Shown here piece by piece: positions 26,449 to 39,300 of a DNA stretch of 64,000 nt. Position 1 is the stretch's first letter. Each line of letters opens with the position of its first letter. The notes beneath the pieces were generated by a model, which made no database searches, had not been told where the DNA came from, and saw nothing but the letters and a program-made list of their open reading frames with translations. Both the position numbers and the translations under genes were made by a program. The stretch comes from Lama glama (Eukaryota), in contig CM052817.1 in NCBI GenBank assembly GCA_028534125.1, positions 26,228,001-26,292,000 of the forward strand, given 5' to 3'.

Positions 26449-29012
26449 CAATGGAATATTATTTAGCCATAAAAGGAAATGAAGTTCTGACAAATGCTAC
26501 AACATACATGAACCCTGAAAGTATTGTGTTAAGTGAAATAACAGATACAAATGGACAAATATTGTATGATTCCACTTACATGAGGTTTCTAGAATAGGCA
26601 AATTCAAAAAGATAGAAAGTAGTGGTTACCAGTGGCTGGAGACAGATGCAATGGGGAATTGTTACTTAATGGGTACAGATTCTCTGTTTGGATGATGAAA
26701 AGGTTTGGAAACACAGTGGTGATGGTAGCACAATACTGAAAATGTAATTAATATTTTACTGCAATAAAATAGTGATACAATAATAAGCTACTTCCACAAA
26801 GTTACATGACCGCAGTTTGAAAAACATATTATTCAACACTTCAAATTACAAGGTAAAAAAAAAAATATAAGGTAACTTAAAATGAAACGTTTAAAAATAT
26901 TCAAAAGCATTGCCAGTGATTTCAATTCTAACTCTAATTACTTCAGTACTTCAGTACTCTTTCCACATCACTGCTGCCTCTCTTAAGTCTAATCCCTTTT
27001 CCACATGACTGCCTTGCAACTGAAATAGGGCTAAAAGGTTCCCTAACATAGACCTTGTGTTTGAGGCAAATATATAGTCTTTACATTTTATAAAAGTGCT
27101 TTGTGGGAAATTCCAAAATAAAAGTTGTTTAAACAAACAAACAAAAAACAAAAAAAAAGAAGAAAAAGAAAAAAAGAATTTACAAATATAAACATTTACA
27201 AAATAAACAAAAGTTAGAATTGGAAGATATTTTAGGAATTATATATTTCGTCTTCTGCATTTTACGGATAAGCCCAGAGAAGTAAAGGTTTTATTCACAA
27301 AGCTGGGACTAGACTCTATGTCTCCTGAAAGATACTTATGTAGCTTCTTAAAATATATACCAATTAAAACTCTAAAGAACAATTTTCTTTAAGGCAGACT
27401 TATTTTCAAGCATTTGAAGTATAAAGACATATCACTCAAATGATGTGTTGGAAGCAGCAACTGAATGACAAGCCTTCAAAATGTAAGGAGCTCACAGGCT
27501 GATGCCTAAGAGTATTATTGGACAAAATATAATACCTCTTCCAATTGTTAAGATTTTGACACAATTTCAGTGACCAAAGCTTCAGAAGGCAGACATAAAC
27601 GCTGATTACAACTTTAAATAAGATTAGGAATATGGCTTAATGTCACACATAGAAAAATCATAATGCCTTAAATATAAGGTGAAGGAACCAATTTAAAAGT
27701 GCAAAGCAGGGAGCTGTCTCTATCAGCCATGCTGGCTGATGGCTCTTGGCTCAAGTGCTTTCTTTCCCTGCTGGAGCACTTTCCTTCCATTTCCCCTCCT
27801 GAGCAGTAAGTAGCTGTTCATTTCATCTCTCTGTCTCTGTCATCCTTTCATAGCCTGCAGCAAGTACCCACACTTTGGTGGGCTTCCTAATTTAAGGATC
27901 CCTCTATGTGCTAACAGAATGATGATTGTCTCATACCTGCCATTGGGAAAATGCTCAGTAAGGATGCCCTGCTCAGTCTTTCTGGCCCTCTCTCCTCCCC
28001 TTCAGAACAACCTTCCTCATATATTCTCTCTTTACCCATAAGCTCCCAAAGAATGGAGGGTGGGACAGAGTGGGAACGACAGTATAGGAGACTGCCATTT
28101 GGGGGATGCTTACTTTGTGACAGGGTGGGAAGTTCACATGGGGGTGGCGTGGGAAAGAAGAATGCACAGTTCGGGCTCAGTTCCTCCCTATGACTCCTCC
28201 CCAGCTTTACCTGATCTTTCCCCCCCTTACTCCAGGGAATGGTTTCCCATTGGCTCAGAACACTTAGAGCCTATTAGAACATGAAGGCTCCAGGCTTAAA
28301 AAATCCCAGCTCAGAAGTGCCTATTTTCATACAAAGAATAGATATTAACTTTACTTAGAACAACTTAAAAAAAATGCAAAGCAAAAGCATAGCAATGGGA
28401 AAATAAATATTGTTTTAAAGTTTTTTGGAGGTCATTTGTAGATAATTCTAGGCCACCTCAAACCCTTTCCCTCACTCTGCATCATATACAAATTTCTGTT
28501 TTACATAAAGACGCTTCTTAAACAAGTGTTCTATAATTGTTTACTTGCCTGGCTTTCCACTAGAGACAAATTTCTGACTAGTGTAACAAATTGAATTTTG
28601 TATTACCATAGTCCTGCCACAGAATATCTCCTGTGTGCGCATATTTTTAAGGCATTATCTTTTGAAGTTGAAAGTAAAGTTGAACTTTTCAAGGAGAGAA
28701 GTTTTCTCTACATGGCTTTCTAAATTATCAAACTTAACTGAAGCCTATCTTAATACAAACAGTAAAAATAACATAAAAAGCAAACCAATCTATCTCATAG
28801 ACTCAGACAATTTACTGCAAACAAATAGGAAACAAACAAAATCAAACAACCTGTTAGATGGGAACAATTTTTTAAGATGAAACTTAAAATTTACAATAAA
28901 ATAACAAAACCACAAAAAGGGTTTTATTCTAATGGGAATAGTAACAGGAAAAAAATCATCATCTTTTAAAGACTAAGCATAATTTTTATAAGTCTTAATC
29001 AACATGACTTAC

Positions 29013-29127
29013 TCTTTAATATCACGAAGCTGATCAACATCTTGCGATCTTGTAAAATCTGGATCATGGGCTAGCAGGTGGATCATATATGGAACTACAT
29101 ATTCAGGCAACAGTGATAATAATTTCT
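29013..29127 (-). CDS. PDS5A: PDS5A exon, 115 nt: [37 protein letters not shown](E)
   Basis: Overlaps ORF 29009-29197; AG / GTAAGT, phase 1 to 2. Confidence 0.96.
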
Positions 29128-29625
29128 CTAAAGTGAAAAAATTATTAACAATAGTGATAATAGCTTTTATAATTATCTTTTCTAACATTCTAACCACTTC
29201 AGTTTACATATTTCCTCTTGGTTATTTCTAAATTTGAGGCAACATGTTACCTAGATGATACTGAAATACTTTTCTCAATTTTGAAGGCTACTAAAGACAA
29301 AGAATAACTTAAGATTATACAGTGGGTTCCTGGTAAAGCTAGGAAAATAATTCGTTACTGCCCAACATCAGAGCAATGTGTTCAAATCAAGCCACACTAA
29401 TGACTCTGTAAGAAAAATGCAGTTCATCCTAACAGTTTTATGCATTGTAAATAGGACTCAGAAATGAGGATTTAAGATTTTAAGTACATCTTAATTACAA
29501 CAGCATAGTATGAAAATTCCAGTGCTATCATACAACTACAATAGAAATATATGAAATAAAACCCCCTACAAATCAGTATATTGAGAAGATATATTTGCAC
29601 TTTGGGAATTTTCCAAGTTACTTAC

Positions 29626-29830
29626 CAGTAGCCATGGGGTTCTGTTTAATGTACTCCCTGCGTATGCTGATATTTTTAAGCAAACACTGTCGTGCATGTG
29701 CTCTTCTCTCCTTCACAGGATCTTTGGCACACAAGGCAAAGATCGCCATATACTCCAATGGGAGCAGTAACTTCACAAGTGCCTTATGTAGCTTCTGAGC
29801 AAATATCTGCCTTACTTGATAGCACTCATC
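29626..29830 (-). CDS. PDS5A: PDS5A exon, 205 nt: [68 protein letters not shown](E)
   Basis: AG / GTAAGT, phase 0 to 1. Confidence 0.96.
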
Positions 29831-30151
29831 CTACAGCAGCACAAAATCAAAAATACTTAAATAAAAATATTAGTACTTTCAAAACCATGTCAAAAACTCC
29901 TAGTTTAGTTTTTTGAAAATTGGCAAACATTTACAAAAGAGAAGTTTACGCATTTTTAATGCCTTCATTTTAAAAAAAGATAATTACACTGAAGGAGTAA
30001 ATAGCTTAATATTTTGGGGGATAACTAGTTACAGTAGTAATAACCTCTTTTGTGCACAAATCCGTACAGTAAATGGATCTATAATCCATAGAAAGTAAAT
30101 GAATTTAACTTCGAAGGCCAAGTAATTAAGAAAAATAAGACTGTTACTTAC

Positions 30152-30275
30152 ATTAATAACAAGTGCACAGAGCTGAAACTGTTCTGGGGTTATAATTTCA
30201 TGGTAACAAGGTTCCTGAGCAAGCTTCATTATGGCACTACCAGCAGCTAATCGCAAGCGAGACATATCAGATTTA
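30152..30275 (-). CDS. PDS5A: PDS5A exon, 124 nt: [41 protein letters not shown]
   Basis: Overlaps ORF 30029-30304; AG / GTAAGT, phase 2 to 0. Confidence 0.96.
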
Positions 30276-30486
30276 CTATAAACAAACAAAAAAGAAATAA
30301 ACATTTCCTATAACTATTATTCATAAAATGCTTCAATTCCTTTTTGACAGTTAAGAGCTTTAACATAATTTAAGCTTAAAATGACATAATGTACAAATAT
30401 GGAAAGTTACTTTGAATCTTGAACTCAGCACAGGGAAAAAGGCTCCAATCATTGACTATCTGATATTAAATTTATCTGCCTTTATT

Positions 30487-30898
30487 AAAAAAATTGTGTT
30501 TATTTTATTGAGGTATAGATTTACTATATATTAATTTCAGGCGTACAACAGTGATTCAAAAAAATTTTTAAGGTTATACTCCAGTTATAGTTACTATAAA
30601 ATATTGGCTATATTTCTACACTGTACAGTATATCCTTATAGCTTATTTATTTTATACAAAGTAGTCTGTACCTCTTAATCCCCTACCCCTATCTTGCCTC
30701 TTTAGAACTAGTTTGTTATCTACATCTGTGAGTCTGTTTCTTTTCTGTTATAGTCACTAGTTTATTTTTTCAGATTCCACATATAAGTGATAACATACAG
30801 TATTTGTCTTTCTCTGTCTGACCTATTTCACAAAGCATAATACCCTCCAGGTTCATCCATGTTGTTCCAAATGGCAACATTTCCTTCTCTTTTATGTT
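30487..30898 (-). mobile_element. L1 3' fragment
   Basis: Antisense L1 3'UTR motifs (gattccacatataagtgataacatacagtatttgtc); TSD tgccttYatt. Confidence 0.82.
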
Positions 30899-31609
30899 TG
30901 CCTTCATTTTTAGTTATGCTGTAGCTTAGATTCTCCACCACAGCCAAGCAACTCTGCTTACACTCACAATGGCACTAACTGCAATGCTACCAAAAACCAC
31001 TTACATTACGAACTGTATTCTTCATTTTAAGAGAAAATTCACATTCACTGTAGAAAATTTGATATTAAAAAATTGTGAAAAATTAAAAATCACCTATCAG
31101 TTAAAATCTATTTCCTACAATTTTTAAGTGTACACACACACACACACGATAGAAACAGAGCTTAAGTCTACACAGGTCTGATGAAATGGAGGGGCTAGGA
31201 ATTAGGAGTTAATTTGCACCAGAAAAGGGGAGGCAGTGTCTCTGAGGTACTAGTCTCTGGGAGGAGACTTTGCTTTATAGCATCAAGTTTTCTGAGGGAA
31301 CCTAGCAGGTCCAGGCACTCCCACCCCCACCCAGTGGACTTTTATTATCTAAATGGTAAAATGTGACAATGATATGGTGAAAAGACATTCTTCTTACTTT
31401 CACTTCTATGCGGAACACAGCATAGCTTTCATATTTTGAAAACTTCAGGAAATGTGGAAAACTTGGCCTGAATCCACAAGTGACTATTATTTAGCATACT
31501 AGAGAAAACATGGCACTCTTGGACCACACGACTACCAAACTGAGCACTGGTAACAATGAGGGACCTTCAAATGGTTTCTGAGGCAAATGATTCAGGAATT
31601 AAAAAAATT

Positions 31610-31775
31610 AATAGCTACTATTTGGGTGCTTAATCTATGCTAGGCAGTGTATGAAACACTAATTTTCACTCTGTAAGATGAGGAAACTGAGGCTTAGAAA
31701 AGTGATTTATACAAGTTAAAACAGCTAGCAAATGGAGTATAGAGTTGAATAAAGTTTCTGATTCCAAAGCCCAAG
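31610..31775 (-). mobile_element. MIR
   Basis: MIR core agatgaggaaactgaggcttagaaaag...tctgattccaaagccc. Confidence 0.7.
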
Positions 31776-31789
31776 GTAAACCATAGGAT

Positions 31790-32270
31790 ATGTAATATCT
31801 GATTAAGACCTGCCTAATAATTTCGTGGTATGTATGTTCCACAGTTAACCATTTCTGTTTTTTGTGATGATAAAAAATGCTGCACAGGACATGTTTGTGT
31901 GTATAGTTTTGGATGATTCTTTTTTCATGAGTGTAATAAAGAGTCAAAGGATAACATTTTTAAGGATTTAGACACAAAACGTCAAACTGTTCTGCCAAGA
32001 CTGTGCCAATTTATATTCACACAAGTCATAAGGGGACCCATTTCCTGATCTCATGGAGCAATGCTTGCTTAAAAAAATTTTATTTGTTGATTTAACAGGC
32101 AAGAGATATCACTTAAGTTAAAATTGTATTTATTCCATTCACTGATGCTAAACATTTTTTTAAAAGATAAAATTGGTAATATATAATCTTCAGCTCTATT
32201 GGGGATCCTATTTGTCACTGATGTATAAAAACTCATTATTAAGCCTCTGCTATACACGGTACATAATTTC
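31790..32270 (-). mobile_element. Ancient L1ME-like fragment
   Basis: tgtgccaatttatattcacac...ttgtatttattccattcactgatgctaaacatttttt. Confidence 0.5.
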
Positions 32271-32693
32271 CCCAAACTTAGAACTTCTTACTATCTCCAA
32301 TCTTCAATCTGTTCATGCAAAGCTACTCTTGGCTTACTCTATGATAAAAATAACTTTTCATCATTTTCTTCAGTTATCAAAGCATTCAGCATCTCTATTG
32401 TAACTGTGCAATATCTTATCTCTTCCACTAGAATCTATATTCCTTGGAGAAGTAATTGTACCTTAAAAAAAAACTTGGCAGTACTTGGAATGATCGTGCT
32501 CAATAAATGCTGAATGTATAAATGAACAGTAAGCCTATCCTCTAACACAAATTTTAAAGTAAGAATGCAACACAAGTAGAATTTTTCAGTTATTTTTCCT
32601 GGACTCTAGTAAATCAAGAATTTGCAAGAGACAAGGATAATGAAAATTCAGCTTTTATTTTCATCTTAAAAGGAAGAGAAAGAAGAGATGGTG

Positions 32694-32815
32694 TGGGGGT
32701 GGTATAGCTCAGTAGTAGAGTGTGTGCTTAGCATGCACAAAGTCCTGGGTTCAATCCCAGTACCTCCATTAAAAATAAATAAATAAACCTAACTATCCAC
32801 TCCCCCTCCCTCTAA
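32694..32815 (+). mobile_element. tRNA-derived SINE, vic-1 type
   Basis: ggtatagctcagtagtagagtgtgtgcttagcatgcacaaagtcctgggttcaatccc; TSD aaagaagagaYggtg. Confidence 0.9.
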
Positions 32816-33413
32816 AAAGAAGAGACGGTGATTTCACAGATTTGAAGAGTGAAAACGTCTAGAAATGTAAACTTTTTTTTTTTTTGCATCTGCAGAACTT
32901 TGAATACTCTTCAGCAAACCACAGGAAGGCTGCAACTCTTCCTTCTTTGAACCTATACTAAAATTTGTATTCCTTTCATGGCACCAAGTTACTTTACTTG
33001 TTCTATCACCACACTACAGGGTAAGTTCCTTAAAGACAGGAACTGAATTTTATTTGTTTTTGCTGCAATGCTTTTCATAGTGTTTCATAAAGAGTAGTAA
33101 TTCAACAAATACTTATTTAATTGAACAAAATGTTGAAGCTAACTGTAACATTGCTATAGTGATGACTAAAAATTCATTGGAAAAAGAAGTCTCTAGGAAT
33201 GAAGAAAAATATACCATCGTTATTGAGATATAAACCCCAAATGAGTGCATAAAAATTGAATGCAAAGCACATAGTGCAGTTATAACAGTCAACAATAATT
33301 AATCCACAACACTGCAAACTGACTATACTTCAATGAAAAAAAATTAGTTAATCCCATGTAAGCTTTAATAAGATGTTGAGCGTAAAAAAACTGAAAAGGG
33401 AGAAAAATCTCAC

Positions 33414-33550
33414 CTGATCCTCTTTTGCTCTGTCAGGTCACCCTCACTAACCAACATCGCTGATAATAACCGAAGAGTTGAATTGGCAGATTTGGACTGG
33501 TTGTTTTTCATACCCAACAGCCATCTTACCAGAAGTTTAATTGCCTGTAC
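33414..33550 (-). CDS. PDS5A: PDS5A exon, 137 nt: [45 protein letters not shown](S)
   Basis: AG / GTGAGA, phase 0 to 2. Confidence 0.96.
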
Positions 33551-34692
33551 CTATAAAATATTAACATGCTAAAAAAGGAAAGGAACTTAAAATTCCACTT
33601 AAAGGGAAAATTGATTTATGTTAGTTAGATTTGTGAATTACTTAACTGCCAGCAGACATATTTTAGTAAACAAGTCTGTAGGATAATAACAATATTTATT
33701 CTGTTTAATCTGCACCAGGTACCTTCCCCAGAGCTGTAAATGTATTACTTTATTTACTCTCCCAAACAACTCTCTGAGGGAGGTATTCTTATTTCCAATA
33801 AATAAGGCAATTTAGACACATTACTATGATAGATGACTTACCCAAGGCCTGACTCCCAAACTCAGACTTTTCACACTTGGACACTTGTCCAATATTTTCA
33901 ACTTATTTAAAAAGATATTGCTTAAAAATTATTTAAACTATACCAATTATAGTGATTAAAAATAACTATTTAGATAGACTTTAATATTTTTTGTAGTACT
34001 GAAAAACTATTTTGAAGAAACAATTAAGTCTGATTCAGTCTCACTTAACATTCTGATTTAAAAACAAAACTAGGAGATTCCATAATTATTCATAGTCATA
34101 GTTACTTGGCGGTTTATACTCAAAAAGTTGTTACCAATATACATGAAAGAACTAACTAAGGATCTAGGTAGTATTTATCATATTTATTGACAACCTGAAA
34201 AAAGGAATTGATAGAATATATGATGACTATGAAGTTACTCAAGGTGAAACAGATTATCAAGTAAAATGATAATGAAGAAATCTTGTTTTAAATCCCAAGA
34301 CTACCACTTTAAAAATTAATTTTACCAGAGTACAATTTAAATCTATTGAAAGTTACCAATCCGATGACAACCATCTGTTTTTGACAAGTTAATATTATAT
34401 GCTTGTAGAGCAACAGTGGTAATGAGACTAGACTTGAGATGCTTCTGAGCATCAACATTCTACAACAACCTCTGTAAAACAGCCTCACTGCAATTGCCTT
34501 AGCAGGCAGGCAGGTCTACAGAACATTCTGACATACATATATAAAAATTACTCAATAACAACTAAAATTTGAGTAACATACAACTTTAAAGCACCTGATT
34601 TAAAAATGCTTATTAGCTGTTAGGTTAAAAAAGATTATCTATAAATGTTCATTATTTAAACATAAAAGTTATCAAGACCTACACAAATTTAC

Positions 34693-34761
34693 CTTTGCTA
34701 GTACTTCAGGGGAAACCTCTTCATCTGGAGACCATAATTTTCCATTCTTTTCACCTGTTGA
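34693..34761 (-). CDS. PDS5A: PDS5A exon, 69 nt: STGEKNGKLWSPDEEVSPEVLAK
   Basis: AG / GTAAAT, phase 0 to 0. Confidence 0.95.
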
Positions 34762-35754
34762 CTACAGACAAATTTTACTTTTAGAAAAAATTTTAAAATT
34801 TTGCTCGGTAAGTTTTTCATGCTGAACAATGCAGTGCTCCAGGATACTCACAGGAAATGGACCAAGTAGTGACTGGAAAAGAACAAAGCTGGAGGGCTCA
34901 AACTTCTTGAGTTTGAAACTTACTACAAATCTATAGTAATCAAGACAGTGTGGTCAGTACTGACATAATGACCAATGGAACAAAATAGAGAACCCAGAAA
35001 TCTCTCACACATATGGCCAATTGGTTTTTAACAAGAATGCTGAGACCAATTATTGGGAACAGTCTCTACAACAAATGGTGCTGGAAAAAACTAGATATAG
35101 CCACATGCAAAGGAATTAAAGCTGGACTATTATCTCATATCATATACAAAAATTAACTTAAAAATGGATCAAAGATCTTAATTTAAAAGCTAAAACTATA
35201 AAACTCTTAGAACATGATGTAGGGAAAAAACTTCATGATCCTGGATTTGGCAAATGTCTGACAAAGGTATAAGACTCAGAATATATAAAGAATTCTTACA
35301 ACTCAACAACAAATAATTAAAAGTGGGCAAAGGACTCAATATCCAAAGAAGATAAACAAATGGCCAATAAGCACATGAAAAAAATTCTCAACATCCTTAG
35401 TCATTAGGGAAACAAATCAAAACCACAAGATACTTCTTTACACCTACTGGAATGACTATCAACAAAACAGGAAAGAGTAGGTGTTGACCAAGATGTGGAG
35501 AAACTGGAAGCCTTGTGCATTGCTTCTAGGAATGTAAAATGGTACAGCCACTTCGGAAAACAGTCTGGCAGTTCCTCAAAAAGTTCAAAATAGAATGACC
35601 ATGTAACCCAGCAATTCCACTCCTAGGAATATAACATAAGAATTTGAAAACACTGACTCAAATGTTCAGATCAGTATTATTGACAATAGTCAAAAGGTGG
35701 AAAAACCCAGCCGTCCATACAACAGAATATTATTCTGGCATAAAATGAAGTTCG

Positions 35755-35880
35755 GAGGAGGAGGGTATAGTTCAAGTGGTAGAGCACATGCTTAGCATAT
35801 ACAAGGTCCTGGGTTCAATCCCCAGTACCTCCTCTAAAAATAAATAAATAAGTAACCTAATTACCCATCCCCCACAAAAA
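35755..35880 (+). mobile_element. tRNA-derived SINE, vic-1 type, nested in L1
   Basis: gagggtatagttcaagtggtagagcacatgcttagc...gggttcaatcccc with (aaat)n tail. Confidence 0.88.
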
Positions 35881-36133
35881 TGTTCTGATACATACTATAA
35901 CACAGATGAACCTTGAAACCATTATGCCAAGTGAAATATGTCAGACACAAAAGGATAAATACTATATTATAAGAGGTATCCAAAATAGGCAAATTCATGG
36001 TACGGGAAAGAACAAGAGAGGTTACCAGAGGCTGAGGGGAGGAGACAATGAGGAGTTATTGGTTAATGGATACAGTCTCCATCTAAGATGATAAAATTCT
36101 GGAAATAGTGGTAGTGGTTACACAACAACGTGG

Positions 36134-36432
36134 CTGTTCATTTTAGGTGGTAGCTTGGGCCATTTTGTAGAGTTACTCAGCTTTCCTGTGTTATCCCCTG
36201 TGTATTTAGGAGGTACATGTTAGTAAACTTGTTTGCTTTTTATTTTCTTTTTTTATGAGTAAAAGTAGATTTATTTAGAGAGATGTACACGGGGACAGCG
36301 GAGGTGGTGGGGAGGTTAAAGGTAGACACATTCTCCACAGAGTGCGGGTCATCACGGAAGGCAAGAGAGAGCGAGCACCTATTGGCTTTTAATAAACAAA
36401 ACAAAACAAAAAATGCCCAACAACAAAACCAA
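36134..36432. mobile_element. Two nested LTR-like fragments with A-rich tails inside L1
   Basis: Outer + piece ends aataaac(aaaac)n; inner minus piece 36241-36381 has AATAAA, an A-rich tail and near-TSD ttKgctttt. Confidence 0.5.
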
Positions 36433-37463
36433 GAACACGGGTGTATATAATGTGAGTGAACTGCACACTTAAAAATGGTAAAAATGGCAAAATTTATATT
36501 ATGTATATTTTACCACACACAAAGGAGAGAACCATCTTAAAACAGAATTTATCAACAATCAATTCATCACTTAAGAGATGTCTTAAATTTTACATTTGTT
36601 GCCCACCAGCCACATCCATCAACAGTGCAGAGAAAAGCATGAATGCATGCAACGGGAAATGAGACTTTGGCCAAACTCTTCCATCCTTGTCTATCTCGTT
36701 CAAACAGGGAGAGGGAAAAGAGGAAGGAGTGCACTGGCAAGTATCTTTCTTTTTAAGTTCGGATATTGAGGGTTCAAAGACTATTGAACCATGTAGAAGG
36801 ACTAGGTAAACTGGGTAGTTAGTACTGCATTGAAAGTCATCCACAATTGTCCAGCAGGTAACACCAATTTGTGTCTTCATTCAATAACTCTTTTATTTAG
36901 ATCCATTTGGTAAAGTGGTGATTCCAATCAGATGTATGGTTCAGAAATCACTCGGGGAGCCTTTTCAAGCTAGACATCCCTAAGCTGTAACCCAAAGGTG
37001 AATAAATCAGGGTGTGTGCTTGCTCTCTCTCTTACATGCCCATCTTTCAATAACTAAAACAATACATTAACTCTAGTCCCAAAAGTGCAATATAATTAAT
37101 TATATTTCAAAAAGCTAGTCAAATACAATTCCAGTTATATTTTAAATGATGTTTGATAAAACAAAAAGCACTCCAGTAAATTGTCCTTCAAATATTAGGA
37201 TAACAGCATCTGACTTATACTTTTCACTTCATGATTCATCCATCTCATGTTCTCATGTTTTTCTTTCTTAAATGTTAAGTTCTACTAATAGCTACACAGA
37301 AGTCAGAATGTCATCTGGAAATTTAAATAAGGAGGGAAAATATATAATAACTTAAAAGTAAAAGAGAATTATATATAGAGAGAAGCAGAAATGCTGTTTC
37401 TGTGACAAAAATGCAAACCATCTTAATCTCATGATTCTAAATTTAATTAAATGAGAAACTTAC

Positions 37464-37622
37464 CCTGTCATTCATTAGCAGATCTTTCACAATAAAATTT
37501 GCTACTACAGATTTCATTGGGGAAGCAAATTGATCTGGTGCTAACATGGAAATGTGGCCCAGTGAAACTAATGGAGTTATAAGTTGTTCTGGTACATCAG
37601 CATTCAGACTCCTACTGAGTGG
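37464..37622 (-). CDS. PDS5A: PDS5A exon, 159 nt: [53 protein letters not shown]
   Basis: AG / GTAAGT, phase 0 to 0. Confidence 0.96.
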
Positions 37623-38438
37623 CTATAAAAATAAAACAGTCAAAATTACCATTCTGTCCTATAAATATCTAGACATTTTATGGAAACAGTACACGTTCCT
37701 AAGTCCGCCTGAATTTATCATGCCAAAACAAATCTGTTCTAATGAGATGATCAAAAGTAACTTCAGCCATACTAAACACTTGATTCTTATTCTACCTACT
37801 GAAATTTAACAAGATTGAAAGAATATAGAATGATAAAAGAAAAAAAAAAGGCCCACATAAAAGGTACAATGCAAGAATATTTCTGCACTGTCAAATCAGC
37901 ATTATTTTCAAGTCATGTGCAATAGGTTTGCTATGTTGGTGGATTTCTTTTCCTCTGGGGACATTTTAAATGATCATGGATCATTAAAAATAAGAGTTTA
38001 CTGGGTTCCATTCATACTACATCCAATTTATGATAATAGGAATACTTTTCCAGTAGTGGAATCAGGCCATGGATCATACATATGGAAAGGCAAACAGAAC
38101 TAATTTTCAAGTAGGGTTGTCAGGCACTTTAAGCTGGGTGATTTAAAGTCATCTACTAATAATTTCTGAGGCTAACAGGACCATTGAGCCAATAGGCTGA
38201 CATTAAGTAAAATGTAACACAAACACACAAAACATCTTTTAGTACGTAGTATCTGAACATATAATCCCATCTAAAGTATGGGACTATTTAAAGTGCTGAA
38301 TAAAAGAGAGCCCCTGCTCCCATGGAATTTATTTTCTAGAGTGGGACTAAAAAGCTAAAAAAACTACCTTCTATCTTTATCAAACTATACAGCATAAAAA
38401 TAAGAATCAACTAAAACACATCCTATAGTTATACATAC

Positions 38439-38562
38439 CTCAAAAATCTGTGCAAGCTGGACTTCTTTATTTGTGAATATGGCATGTATACAGTGAACGG
38501 CCTGTTTTGCTTGGTGTGGAGTACCTCTCTTTGCTTTCTGATGTAAAATGGGAATTAAGGTC
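38439..38562 (-). CDS. PDS5A: PDS5A exon, 124 nt: [41 protein letters not shown]
   Basis: Overlaps ORF 38385-38648; CAG / GTATGT, phase 2 to 0. Confidence 0.96.
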
Positions 38563-39069
38563 CTGGAAAAAAATATCATAGTTTTAAAAAAGCCCATTAA
38601 CCACAAGTAGTTCTTTTCGTTGTCTCCTACTTCATCTCCAGAAACCATTTGGATGTATGCTGGTAGAAAGCCTCTTTTAAAAATTACCTGATCTATAGAA
38701 AGATTTAAAGCTCCTTCTCTGTCACCAAGTAAAATCCAAGAAATAACAATGCCTCAAAAAAAGGCTACTCCAGGAGATAATTTTCACTTTAAAGCCACTG
38801 CATGAATATGGAGAAATAAACAAGCCATCCTTAATTTATAATCTAAAATTTGACCCATACCATAATTTTACAGTTACCTTCTAAGAAGATTCCTAAATTT
38901 TCTACTTCCCTTTCACAATCCCCATCAGTTATTTTAAAGCAGCCATGGTGGGGGGTGGGGTGGGGAGAAGCAAAAGGCCAAGTTTTACTTAAAAACTGAA
39001 ATAAGCATACCAGTAAAAGGGAGAATGAAAGGATACAGACACATAGGTAGAAAAGTAATAAAACATCTA

Positions 39070-39300
39070 ACAATTATTAAGTATTTGTGCCAAGCACTGT
39101 TCTGTTTTTTTTAACATGAATTAATTAAATTAATCCTCAATATAGCCCAAAGAAAACTATTATTATAGTCATTAAATGGATGAGAAAACTAAAGCACAAA
39201 CATATTCATTTAAATTTCTTAAGGTGACAGAGCTAGGAAATGGTGAAGTTGGGATTTGAAGACAAACATTTCTGTTCCAAATCTATGCACTTAGCCACAC
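39070..39300 (-). mobile_element. MIR
   Basis: gtgccaagcactgttct...gatgagaaaactaaagcac...ggatttgaa. Confidence 0.6.

Larger units (their letters stand above)
21060..26770 (+). mobile_element. Large degraded L1 (L1MB-like): ORF2 remnants and 3'UTR, interrupted by younger insertions
   Basis: ORF2 remnants in ORFs 21462-21737 (endonuclease region), 23041-23271 and 23475-23846 (YYKSINKTVWYWHKDR); many frameshifts. Confidence 0.9.
34860..36522 (+). mobile_element. Degraded L1 (L1MB-like) 3' part carrying a nested SINE and LTR-like inserts
   Basis: aacaaagctggagggctc...tactacaaatctatagtaatcaagacagtgtgg; 3'UTR ending atattttaccacac. Confidence 0.85.

Noticed and set aside
32694..32770. tRNA-Ala-like sequence (also in the four other SINE copies)
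   Set aside because: Each has a SINE tail, degenerate stems and usually a TSD, so these are SINE heads rather than tRNA genes.
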